Part shown: in pieces, positions 1 through 11,159 of the stretch
Layout of the letters: the number at the start of each line of letters is the position of its first letter
How positions within the stretch are numbered: position 1 is the stretch's first letter
DNA from: Octopus sinensis
Lineage: Eukaryota
Assembly (NCBI RefSeq): GCF_006345805.1
Contig: NC_043009.1
Span: 40,052,001-40,116,000, forward strand
Direction: 5' to 3'
Length of the DNA stretch: 64,000 nt
Program-made: the position numbers and the translations under genes
Notes under the pieces: generated by a model
What the model saw: the letters and a program-made list of their open reading frames with translations, nothing else
Databases searched by the model: none
What the model was told of the DNA's origin: nothing

Positions 1-9
1 TTAAAATGT

Positions 10-100
10 CGCACTCGCGATCTACTGATCGTGATTTCGATTTCTAGATCGGGTGGTACGTTGTCTTCTTGAGCAAAACATTTCATCTCACGTTGTACCA
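10..100 (+). mobile_element. tRNA-derived SINE head fragment
   Basis: Degenerate B-box (gatttcgatttct) followed by ttgtcttcttgagcaaaacatttcatctcacgttg, matching the SINE head at 59694-59810. Confidence 0.5.
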
Positions 101-171
101 CGATCACTTCGACACCTGACGCAAGGTACACCGTGCACTTGTTCAGACAATACTAGATCATCAGACAGACA

Positions 172-176
172 GATAG

Positions 177-255
<79 letters not shown>

Positions 256-256
256 A
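172..256. repeat. (GATA)n microsatellite
   Basis: Direct reading of the tetranucleotide tract. Confidence 0.97.
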
Positions 257-475
257 AGATAGATATCATTGAGAGGCTTTTTGTCAGTTGTGGTGGAGGC
301 TAAACCATGTGTCTATGACTATTCTCTTGTCACCAAATCAAGATGCTTGTTCTTTACCACAGTGAAATTAATTCTTGATTGTAGATTGGTTCTCAGCCGG
401 GGTCCATATGGCCCTTTAAGTTCTATAAAACTTTGTTGTTAATATTTATGTGCAATAAGTTGCTTACAATTCTGC

Positions 476-1731
476 AAGGTGGGGCAGAGAGGACGGAAGG
501 CTTTTACTTACACCCAAGAGTAGGGACATATGTCCGACAGTTACCATTCAGTCCGTGGTGTCTTAGCATTTTTTTTTCAGCTTAAGTCATGGTGGCGCTG
601 TGGACGATAGAGCATCACGTGTTTGCCGACGACAGTTACGTGATGAATAACGAGTCTGTGACAGCGGTTCATTGTGAGTTTCGGTGTCACTTTATCATTC
701 ACCGAAATCAGACGGTTTCCACCCGTAACACAATCTTATGTTGGTGAATGCACCACGAACGGTACGGAACCCAGAAAATGTGGAAATCGTCGGAGAAGCT
801 TTGAGTCCAAATCGCTCTGTTCGGAGGCTTTCCACTGAACTTGGCACCGTTAATCAATCGGTAAGACGTATTTTGCATGAAAAACTACATTTCCACCCGT
901 ACAAATTTGTCATTGAGCATCGTTTGAAACCATGGGACTAGGCACAGCGGCTTAACTTTGCACGCAGATAGAATCAATTTTTGAGGCAAATGACAACCTC
1001 ATTTTGTTAATGAGTGATGAAGTTTATTTTCCTCTTATGGCATTGTGAATCATCAGAACTGTCGTTATTGGGCTCTTGAAAATCCGAGAGAACTGCACGA
1101 AAGGCCACTGCACAGCCAAAAGTGATGGTCTGGTGTGCTGTTGGAAAAGCTGCCGTCAATAATCCATACTTGAAGACAGTAATGGAAATGCGGTTGCTAT
1201 GAAATCCCAGCGTTACATCGAGATGATAAACATCTTTGTGCCTGTATTACGATGAAAACGTATGCCTATTCGATGTATGTGGCTTCAGCAGGATGGAGCG
1301 GCGGCCCACACAGCCAGAGCATCAATGGATGTTCTTCGTCCTCGCTTTAGTGACCGTCTCATTTCTACAGTTGCTGACATTCCTTGGCCCCCTTCATCCC
1401 CTGATTTCTCCATGTATGATTATTTTTGTGGGGAAACGTCAAATTACGTGCATCTGGACATAAGCCCCGTACTGAACGATTTGAAGGAAGCTGATTACGT
1501 GGAAGTCGCCCAAATCGACTGGAGAGAGAGAGTGAGGGGCCAACTTCCAAGAACGCCTTCAGAAATGCATCAGTGAAAACGGACACCACATGATGGATTT
1601 TGTTTTCCACACTTGATTTTGACATATGTCAATTCAATATGAACACATTGATGTCAATAAAATTGGTTTGCAGCTAAATTTAATGATTTTGAGAATTTTT
1701 CAAAACATCCGACCTCTCTTCCCTACCCTAC
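476..1731 (+). mobile_element. Tc1/mariner DNA transposon, DD41D (rosa/Visitor-type), decayed but near full length
   Basis: Degenerate TIRs: aggtggggcagagaggacggaag (~478-500) vs reverse complement of catccgacctctcttccctaccct (~1706-1729). Transposase motifs lie in between. Confidence 0.85.
589..1600 (+). pseudogene. DD41D transposase pseudogene (frameshifts and stops)
   Basis: ATG at 589 (MVALWTIEHHVF..NNESVTAVHCEFRCHF), then LHFHPYK, LMSDEVYF..VNHQNCRYW (first D), and WLQQDGAAAHTA..WPPSSPDFSMYDYF with 41 residues between the second and third D. Confidence 0.85.
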
Positions 1732-1997
1732 ACAATAAACGAAATATTTTTTTTATATAATTCCTAATAATATTTAATTATGAAAATACAGTAGGATCTT
1801 TTACACACACACACACACACACACATACACATGTTGAATGTCTACGGAGGTCCAGTAGAGTAAAATAGGAAGCAGAGAGGTCCATAGGCAAAAAATGGTG
1901 AAGAACCATTTTTCCAGAATCGATAATATTAATACGCTGACTTTTCTTTTTTGCACGTACATTTTGTGTGCGTTAGACTTACTTCAAAGAAGTGACA

Positions 1998-2310
1998 AAG
2001 CGAGAGAGAGAGAGAGAGAGGAGGAGGACAGAGAAGAGGACAGAGAGGAAGAAAGAGAGAGAGTGAGAGAGAATGAGAGTGAAAATGAGAATGAGAGAGA
2101 AAGTGAGAAAGTGAGAGAGAAAGAGAGAGTGTGAAAAAGACAGTGAGTGGTGACGGCGTTCGTTTTGTGATTTTAAATGTTTCAGAGAGAACTTAATAGA
2201 GAAAGAAAGATAGTGAGAGAGAGAGAGAGAGGGGAAATGAGAGGGAAAGAGAGAGGAAGTGAAAGGGACAGTCAGTGGTGACAGCGTTCGTTTCGTGTTT
2301 TTAAATGCTT
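1998..2310. repeat. GA-rich low-complexity tract containing a ~43-bp imperfect direct repeat (2139-2182 / 2267-2308)
   Basis: gacagtgagtggtgacggcgttcgttttgtgattttaaatg vs gacagtcagtggtgacagcgttcgtttcgtgtttttaaatg. Confidence 0.8.
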
Positions 2311-2929
2311 ATCACATCGCAAGAGAAGTAGATACATAGATACTTATACACATTGTTAAATCAAAAGCGGGCGAGAAGAGGGACACAAAGGAAGTGAAAG
2401 AGAAAGAGAGAAGGTGAGAGAGAGAGAAAGTAGATACATAAATCCAAAGAAAAGTTCATAGATAGATACATAGAAAAAGCAAATATTGGCTGTCAATTTC
2501 ACTTTTTATTACCACACGGTGATAAAATTAACTCACAAATGGCTGAGTACTCTACAGACATGCCTAACATTAATGTAGTTCTCTGGGAGAATCAGCTTCA
2601 CACAGAATATGATAAGGCTGGCCCCTTTGAATTACAGCTACAATTCGAGACATATATGTATATGAATGTATTTGTGTATGTGGGTGTATAGTTTAGATTA
2701 GTTAAAACATGCTTGCAATAATAAGTTATCAAACGTTTATTCATAAAGCCATTTATTATATCGTTCTTTTATATTTCAATTCGTACATTAAGGTTCTTTG
2801 AATATGTATGATATATTTTAAGGTTAAATAGTAATTCCGTTTTCGTTTGTGTAACAGATATTTTGGTCGGATCATAGTTATTGATCTTACATTACGTCCT
2901 ATATTCTGTAACTGTCACAATATACATTT

Positions 2930-3072
2930 ATAAGCCTGAATTTTTTGCGGGGAAGGCGCCAGTTAATTAGATCGACCCAGTACACAACTGATACTTATTT
3001 TATCGACCCCGAAAGGACGAAAGGCAAAGTCGATCTCGGCAGAATTTGAACTCAGATCGTAAAGAGAGACGG
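2930..3072 (-). mobile_element. tRNA-derived SINE family A fragment
   Basis: tcgaccccgaaaggacgaaaggcaaagtcgatctcggcagaatttgaactcag is the reverse complement of the family A core with B-box GTTCAAATTC. Confidence 0.85.
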
Positions 3073-3295
3073 TCATAATATACAAACATTTCTCATGGCA
3101 CCAGTACACTGTTTACAGATGCTTACATTTTTAATGTTTTCCGTGAATTTTTCACGGGTCCAGCTAGTATGAGATTATTTTAAATAACAAATGAATTTTA
3201 GTCACATGGTACTTGATGTACCTGTATTTGTCTATGTTGTCTAAATGCATGAGTTATCCCTCTTTACTTATATACATACATGCATAAATATATAT

Positions 3296-3537
3296 ATCAC
3301 CGTGACCGACCAGGCTATCAGATGTTGCTACACATCGCTGGTCACAATGCACTTCGCATTGTTTTAGCCAACAGAAGAAAGTTGTGAAAGAGTACAGCAG
3401 GGATGACCACCACCCCCTGCCGGAGGCTCGTGGAGCTTGAGGTGCTTTCGTTCAATAAACACTCACAACGCTCGGTCTGGGAATCGAAACCACGATCTTA
3501 TGACCGCGAGTCCGCTGCCCTAACCACTGGGAAATTG

Positions 3538-3544
<7 letters not shown>
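3296..3544 (-). mobile_element. tRNA-derived SINE (family D head) with RTE-type 3' tail
   Basis: On the minus strand: A-box cccagtggttagg and B-box ggtttcgattccc. The tail tgtgaccagcgatgtg..ctggtcggtcacggtgat resembles the RTE 3' end at 42139-42199. Confidence 0.8.
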
Positions 3545-3614
<70 letters not shown>

Positions 3615-4638
3615 GAGAGAGAGGGGGAGAGGCGGGTAGAGGGAGAGTGAGAAAGGATACCATCATACATTATGTAAACTGTAACACAAAGAAACAGACC
3701 TACAAATGATGAGATGCACTACATATAGATGTACAATTATATCTGTGTGTATTGGGGATTATACATTCTCCATACAGACATACGAAATGAGATCTTTCAT
3801 ATTCTCATCTTTTAAATTCCTGTAATGATTTCTTGTATGTTTGTGTCATTATACATCAACCGTAATCGTTGAACGTAATTCTCCAAAATACTTCAAAATC
3901 CATTAAAATGTTCCTTCCTGGTTGCCAGCCTTTCTAATAAGTAAGAGTTCAACTAGAGACTAAATACTAATTCGGTTTTCCAATAAACAAGCTGTGTGAT
4001 ATATTTATACCTACCTTCAAGCGTCTAATACATTGATCTTTTGCTTTCATCTAACAGCGAGGAAATAGAATGTGGTCACCGAATTTTCAAGCAGAAAATT
4101 TGTTCGTTGCTGGTGGGTGTATTTCTTACAAAATGTGATAATTTTCTTCTTTCTCTTCTGGATTCTGTAGATATAATTCCGTTTATTATTGGTAGTCCCA
4201 GCTGGTACATTGCCCCAGACACCACTCACTGTGTTTCTAAATTGATACAGAACATTATATTATTATACTATTGAATTTCTAGTTCTCTGCTAAACTGGTT
4301 ATTAACACTTGACGCGTCAATGCTGCTATATTCTGAAAATTCTCCATCTGTCCTTTCCTCGTTGATGGAACTCGGGTTATGGTTTACGAACAATACTAGA
4401 TGTCCAGGCGCTCTGCATCTCACTGCTAGCATCGGCGCTTTGCTTCCTTTTTTTTTATGCTAGTTGAGATAATAGCTAATTTCTTGAATCTATTCGAGCA
4501 CACAAGCACAGAAACACTTAGAGGCACACAACAGTTAAAGACATATAAATTCTCAGAAACGCAGTCATACAAATACATGCACAACCAAGCTCTCTGTCTC
4601 GTGTGTGTCTTTGTCTGTGTGGGTGGGGGGGGGCACAC

Positions 4639-5000
4639 GCACATCACCATGTGACAAGCTTCACAAGGTTACTAGAGGGGCTTCGGAGACAAAGTATGAC
4701 TCATAGGTTTACAGAGTGTAGAATTCAAAACTTAATAAATCGACAAAATAAACTACTAAATCCCTGCCCTTATTTTTTACTACTCACACACACACGTACA
4801 CTTGTGTGCGTGTGTGTGTGTGTATGTGCACATCACCATGTGGCAAGCTTCACAAAGTTACTAGAGGTGCTTCGGAGGCAAAGTATGACTCATAGGTTTA
4901 CAGAGTGTAGAATTCAAAACTTAATATATCGACAAAATAAACTGCTAAATCTCTTCCCTTATATTTTTACTACTCACACACACACGCACACACACACACA

Positions 5001-5051
<51 letters not shown>

Positions 5052-5075
5052 CACACACACACACACACTTGTGTC
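4639..5075. repeat. 189-bp tandem duplication ending in a (CA)n tract
   Basis: gcacatcaccatgtg(a/g)caagcttcacaa..ctactcacacacacacg starts at 4639 and again at 4828. Confidence 0.92.
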
Positions 5076-5703
5076 TGTATTTATATGCATTTATTGTTCC
5101 AGCGAGTGATCGAATTCTTCAAATCATGCAAGTAGCAATCACGTCATAAATTACTTGAGAGCCATCAAGGAAACCATCATTAATAACGAAATCAATGTTA
5201 GACAATTGCGGAAATTCAACTCAGTAACAGAAAATAGAATGATGACGCATGTAGGTTTTAATTTGTTTAATTACATCTAAAGATGATATTCACTGTTAAT
5301 AACTAATGGTAGATTTAATTATCTATCTTAAAATGGAAAGTATAGTAGCGATGAAAAATACCCATTACATTAATAGTTATTGTTTTGTTTAAGATGAAGT
5401 CTAAGGAAACACTATTCCTAATAGGAATTCATATCAATGTAGGAAGATGATCTTGGAAAAGAAAACTGACATTTGTAAATCATTGATATAATGGATAATT
5501 ATGGAGAAGTAAGTTCATACTACTATAAAGGAGAGACGAGGAATCTTTCGTATTTTTCCGAGCGCCTCTCAGATCGTAAGTTGTACGAAGTTGTACGTAA
5601 CGAATAATTTCTTTTTTAAACAAGATATTGCTTTCACTTATACTTCTACTGGGAGATATTTTTACAGAGAAATCTAGAGCGTAGTTATTATTATTGAAGA
5701 CTT

Positions 5704-6500
5704 GAAGGCGGTGAGCTGGCAGAAACGTTAGCACAGCGGGCGAAATGTGTAGCGGTATTTCGTCTGCCGCTACGTTCTGAGTTTAAATTCCACCGAGGTC
5801 GACTTTGCCTCTCATCCTTTCGGAGTCGATAATTTAAGTACCAGTTACGCACTGAGGCCGATATAATTGATTTCATCCGTTTGTCTTTCCTTGTTTGTCC
5901 TCTCTGTGTTTAGCCCCTTGTGGGTAGTAAAGAAATAGGTATTTCGTCTGCCGTTACGTTCTGAGTTCAAATTCCGCCGAGGTCGACTTTGCTTTCATCA
6001 TTTCGGGGTCGATAAATTAAGTACCAGTTACGCACTGGGGTCGATGTAACCGACTTAATACCTATGTCTGTCCTTGTTTGTCCTCTCTGTGTTTAGCCCC
6101 TTGTGGGTAGTAAAGAAATAGGTATTTCGTCTGCCGCTACGTTCTGAGTTTAAATTCCACCGAGGTCGACTTTGCCTCTCATCCTTTCAGAGTCGATAAA
6201 TTAAGTACCAGTTACGCACTGGGGTCGATGTAATCGACTTAAACCGTTTGTCTGTCCTTGTTTGTCCCCTCCGTGTTTAGCCCACATGAAATATCTATTT
6301 AGATATTTCGTCTACCGCTACGTTCTGAGTTCAAATTCCGCCGAGGTCGACTTTGCTTTTCATCCTTTCGGGGTCGATTAAATAAGTACCAGTTATGCAC
6401 TGGGGTCGATATAATCGACTTAATCCGTTCGTCTGTCCTTGATTGTCCTCTCTGTGTTTAGCGCCTTGTGGGTAGTAAAGAAATAGGTATTTCGTCTGAC
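5704..6500 (+). mobile_element. SINE family A head followed by head-to-tail multimer (four ~183-bp units plus a stub)
   Basis: Head gaaggcggtgagctggcagaaacgttagc at 5704. Units begin ggtatttcgtctgccg at ~5754, 5938, 6121, ~6302 and 6486. Confidence 0.92.
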
Positions 6501-7304
6501 GCGTTGTGCCTTTAGTGGAAAGGATTATAATTGTCGAGTTGACTGAATCATTAGCGCATCGGAGAAAAAGCTTAGCGGCATTTATTCCAGTTCTTTAAGT
6601 GCTGAGTTTAAGTATCACCTATTACGATGATGAGATAACTTGCATATCAGGTTGATGTGATCGACTACCTCTCTTCCACTAAAATTACTGGCCTTGTACC
6701 AAAATTTGAAACAATTATTGTTGCCTTGTATTTTCTCCAGTCATACTGGAGCGCAAGGACACAAACTTTAACAGATTTCTTACGTTATATCGCTTCGAGT
6801 AATTTTATTTTAACGCTCTCATAAGGAAAGTCAGGCAACGTCAACCGCGCATCAAAGGAATACTTCCAGTTGTACAAAGAATTTTTTGCTTGTTTTGATG
6901 TAGCATTTTTGTTGAAATACACTCATCCGCAGACACAGAAGCACACAAGCACACACACACACATACACACATACACACATGCACATATACATGTATATGG
7001 CTATATCTATTTATCTATTTAGTTCTGTACGTATGTATATATAAACATATATACATGTGTGTGTTTGTATGTGTGTGTATATATATATATATAAGCTATT
7101 TTAACGCTTCAATGTGTATATACTGGCAAAGATGTGTGAGAGCAGCAAACATAAAAAATGTCTTACGTCTAGGAAGAACATTATGAACCAGAATCGGATA
7201 ATCCAGTACCTAGGTTTCGGGCTCTTCAGATACGTTTGCCATCGTAAATTTGATTAGTCTTCATCAGCTGGATTTACCTGGACAATATTTCAAATACTCT
7301 CTCT

Positions 7305-7511
7305 TTCTCTCTCTCTTTTACTTGCTTCAGTGATTTGACTGCGGCATGCTGCAGCACCGCCTTTAGTCGAGCAAATCGACCCCGGGATTTATACTTTGTA
7401 AACCCAGTACTTATTCTATCGGCTTCTTTTGCCGAACTGCTAAGTGACAGGGACATAAACACACCAGCATCGGTTGTCAAGCGATGTTGGGGGACAAACA
7501 CAGACACATAT

Positions 7512-7570
<59 letters not shown>

Positions 7571-7732
7571 CGACGGGCTTCTTTCAGTTTCCGTCTACCA
7601 AATCCACTCACAAGGCTTTGGTTGGCTCATGGCTATAGTAGAAGACACCTGCTCAAGGTGCTACGCAGTCGGACTAAACCCGGAACCATATGGTTTGTAA
7701 GCAAGCTACTTACCACACAGCCACTCCTACGC
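7305..7732 (-). mobile_element. tRNA-derived SINE family B, full length, with internal (TA)n(TG)n microsatellite
   Basis: Minus-strand head gcgtaggagtggctgtgtggtaagtagcttgc and tail ..gcagtcaaatcactgaagcaagtaaaagagag, with the microsatellite at 7507-7570. Confidence 0.9.
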
Positions 7733-8004
7733 TTTCAAATGTTGCTACATCAATACCAGTATACTCACCTGAACGCTTAGCCGTTACTAGACCGAGAACA
7801 CTGAAACCGTTAGTAGCCTTGTTGTTGTTTTTTGTTCCTTCTCGAGCCGTGCAAGGACCATAAGGGCCGGTTTTCCGGTTTCATTGGCGTATAGGTTCCC
7901 CGCCTGGACGGGATGCCAGTCCGTTGCAAATAGAAGCCTAAATACGCAAATAAAGAAAATTTATCCACCAATGTGGTGTTGAACACTCATTCTCATTGTT
8001 CGAC

Positions 8005-8049
<45 letters not shown>

Positions 8050-8309
8050 CGCACACACATATACACAATCACACATATACACACATGTATATATACACAC
8101 ACACATTTGTGTGTGCGAGGCTACCATAGCACGATAGTATTGTAGACAGTTTTATCTAAAGAAAAAAAAAATCACTCACAACACTATGCTAGAAGACGCC
8201 CTAAATGCGAAACAGTAGGATTGAAACCAAGACCATCCCATACACATACATATGTATATAGATATATGCATAAACATACAGTTATATATAAGTAATATCA
8301 TTGTATACT

Positions 8310-8500
8310 GGTTTCAAAATTTAGCACAAGGCCAGCAATTTCGGTGGATGGGTAAGTCGATTACTTCGACTCCACTGCTCAACTGCTACTTATCGACTGG
8401 GAAATGATAAAAGTCAAAATCGACTTAGGTGCTATTTGAACTCAGAACGTTAAGACGGCCGAAATACCGATCGGTAAGTATTTCGCTCGGCCTGCTAAAA
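8310..8500 (-). mobile_element. SINE family A-related fragment
   Basis: gtcgattacttcgactcc..atttgaactcagaacgttaagacggccgaaatacc. Confidence 0.75.
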
Positions 8501-9233
8501 TCTTTCATCTCTTTCTTATGTCATTGTATATTAATATCAATATTAAGGTGGTGAAAGGCACCTTGTGCTAATATGTGATACCAATATTATATGTTAAAAG
8601 TCATTTTGTGTCAAATTTATATTTCTGTGTGTTTATGTGAATGTCTGTGCTTGTGTGCGAGTAGTTCATGTTTTTGTACCGTAATGTTTGAATATTACTG
8701 CTGCCCTTGTGGCGAATAAAGAAAATCATTGTAATTATCAACATAATGATTATTATCTTTGATACCCTATGATATTGCTATTATAATTTAAGAACCATAA
8801 ATAACTATTATTGCACTAAACACCAAATAGTAACTGTATAAAGCCAGCATTATGATTGTCTATTAACTATTAAGTCGATAACCATCCGTCAATCAGTCAT
8901 TTTTATTGTTACTTTTGTTAAGTTTAATTGATGGTTAAAACATCAAGTGAGAGAAAACAAATTTAGAAAATGTAATTTGCTTTGATTTATGGTTTTTGGT
9001 CCAAGGTTCAGAAAAATTTAGCGATTTTTTTTAAGGCCATATTTTTTTCTTTCTTTCATCTAAAGTATATCTGATGATTATGACATCTGAATATTCTAGA
9101 AGTTAATTTACGTGGAAATTGAGTTTAAATTGCAAATAAAAACATGTTTGGTAATTAATGCAAAAATATTTCATTTCTTTTTTTTTTTTGCATATTTAAT
9201 CGAAAATTAAAATTTAGATTTAGTTTCACTGCT

Positions 9234-9281
9234 GCTACAGCGCTGTGAAATTCCGCTAGTGGAATTTCACAGCACAGTAGC
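9234..9281. repeat. Short hairpin (13-bp perfect core stem, 6-nt loop)
   Basis: gctgtgaaattcc-gctagt-ggaatttcacagc, extended by gctac/gtagc. Confidence 0.85.
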
Positions 9282-10574
9282 TAGCATTGGATCTTCTGTG
9301 GAGCAGTGTCAGCGACCAGGTCGCAGACAGTGTGACGAAAGTTTTGACACCAAGTAATAATTGGTTAACTGAAGATCACAGCTTCCATGTGTTTTTCAAT
9401 GGCTAAAATGAGTCAATGCTTTAGTTCTAACTCGCACTCTCGGATCAAAACACTTTCCAGACAAATTTAACTCTTAAAAGACTAAAAAGTTTCAATCTGA
9501 AGAAGATAACAACTGTGCAATAACTACAGAAAATTATATTGTTCTACTGAAATTGCATACATGGAAGATTACAACACATTTTTGACAGTGTATAGTCTTC
9601 AGGATTTCCTAATAACCACCTTCCATTCCAATATTGTGTTATATACGCGACTCTTTTGTTATTCACATAATATATATATATATAATATTTACAAAACCTC
9701 ATAAAATGGGTTTGGAAGAGTTAATTTCCAACATTGTAATGCGGAATCTATAACAATCTGCGCATTTAAGTGTATTGATAACAGTTAGAGGCGGTTAGCT
9801 ACCGGTCTGCTTTGGCAAAGCATTCGTTAGTTACGTTCAACAGATACAAAACGAGCCTAATGTCTCACATTGAAATTAATTTCGTACAACTTAATATTAT
9901 TCTTATTCTGTTTAGTAAACAGTGGCTTATAAAAATTCGATTAGTTTAATTAATCCTTTCTATGTAAAAGTAATATAATTCCATTTCTTCAATCTAGCAC
10001 GCCCTACTCAAGGGTCATAACGTAGCATGCGATCTATTGACAAACTATTTTCTTCGCTTACATAGATACAATAAGAGCTTCGCCATTGTTTAATTAATCT
10101 TATCAAAAGAGTTACACGACGTAAAAGAAAAGGGTGCATTTCTCTGAGATAAAATTACCAGTAATCCTTGTCTGCGAGAAGCTCACGATTCCTGGCTAGT
10201 GAGTCCAATAGATACAATCGATTGGAAATGCCAACTAATCTCCTTGCATTGACTAATCTAAATTTTGTGAAAGATGTCAACACTTCAGTAGACACGGCAT
10301 TTATAGCTGATAGCGTATTCTATACAAATACTTCCTTAAGTTTATTGATTTCTTCATAATCATGCGTCTTTCTACACTGATGCCACAGTCGCACATACTC
10401 ATCGGAGCTTTGTCTATATATTTCTCTGTCTTTCCATCTGTATAAGGACATACATAATGTCTGCTTCTGATCACAAAAGCATCCTTTTACCATGGTTATA
10501 CATAGATACGTTCAGTATGCTAGCTGAATAGACACACAACTATAAAGCCAGACATACGTACATCCATACACACA

Positions 10575-10582
10575 TATCTATC

Positions 10583-10653
<71 letters not shown>

Positions 10654-10680
10654 ATATCTATCTATCTAGATAAAGTCAAA

Positions 10681-10756
<76 letters not shown>

Positions 10757-10757
10757 A
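10575..10757. repeat. Convergent (TATC)n and (GATA)n tracts
   Basis: (TATC)n at 10575-10668 and (GATA)n at 10683-10755 are mutually complementary. Confidence 0.93.
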
Positions 10758-10763
10758 TACAAA

Positions 10764-10986
10764 CACGAGAGAAAGTCAAAAATTATCCGCACTTTCGCCA
10801 TAGCATATCATTATTATGACACTGCCTTCTATGCATGTGGGCTTATAGTTGATACTATTGTTGTCACGCGATCGAAGTTTTCAGCCTGTTAGCGTCATTT
10901 TTCTTTCTGGCTTTACAGTGTAAGCGTGGCCACTCCGCTAGCAATATGTACCAAAGAAGAACAAAAAGCACTGATCCGATTTCTCA
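10764..10986 (+). mobile_element. Mariner-type 5' end stub (TIR plus first transposase codons)
   Basis: TIR-like cacgagagaaagtcaaaaattatccgcac, then an N-terminal peptide PLAICTKEEQKALIRFL typical of mariner transposases. Confidence 0.6.
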
Positions 10987-11159
10987 TATATATATGTGTG
11001 TTCAAAGACATCATCAAACTCCCTTAATTGTTGCAGCTAGTCGTTGGTGTGCTACTCTGGATGCCTTTGCATTCAGCTGCCACTACTCGTCGCTGTTGTA
11101 AGACTTACGTAACAGAGTCGCGGTGTTATGACCTGTCAGGGATACACAGATTACCCTTA

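Noticed and set aside
4030-4420. Possible decayed RTE C-terminus (..YQLGLPIINGIISTESRRERRKLSHFVR..)
   Set aside because: The resemblance is loose and interrupted by stops, and it lacks the W.GH and GRP motifs. It needs a database search.
5704-6500. Regular ~183-bp periodicity resembling a CRISPR or satellite array
   Set aside because: The units are whole SINE bodies with no unique spacers, there are no cas genes, and the context is eukaryotic.
10168-10380. Minus-frame EEINKLKEVFV*N resembling a Penelope post-RT motif, and a 63-aa plus ORF
   Set aside because: The intervening sequence (10380-10560) shows none of the expected PLE motifs, and the match is too short.
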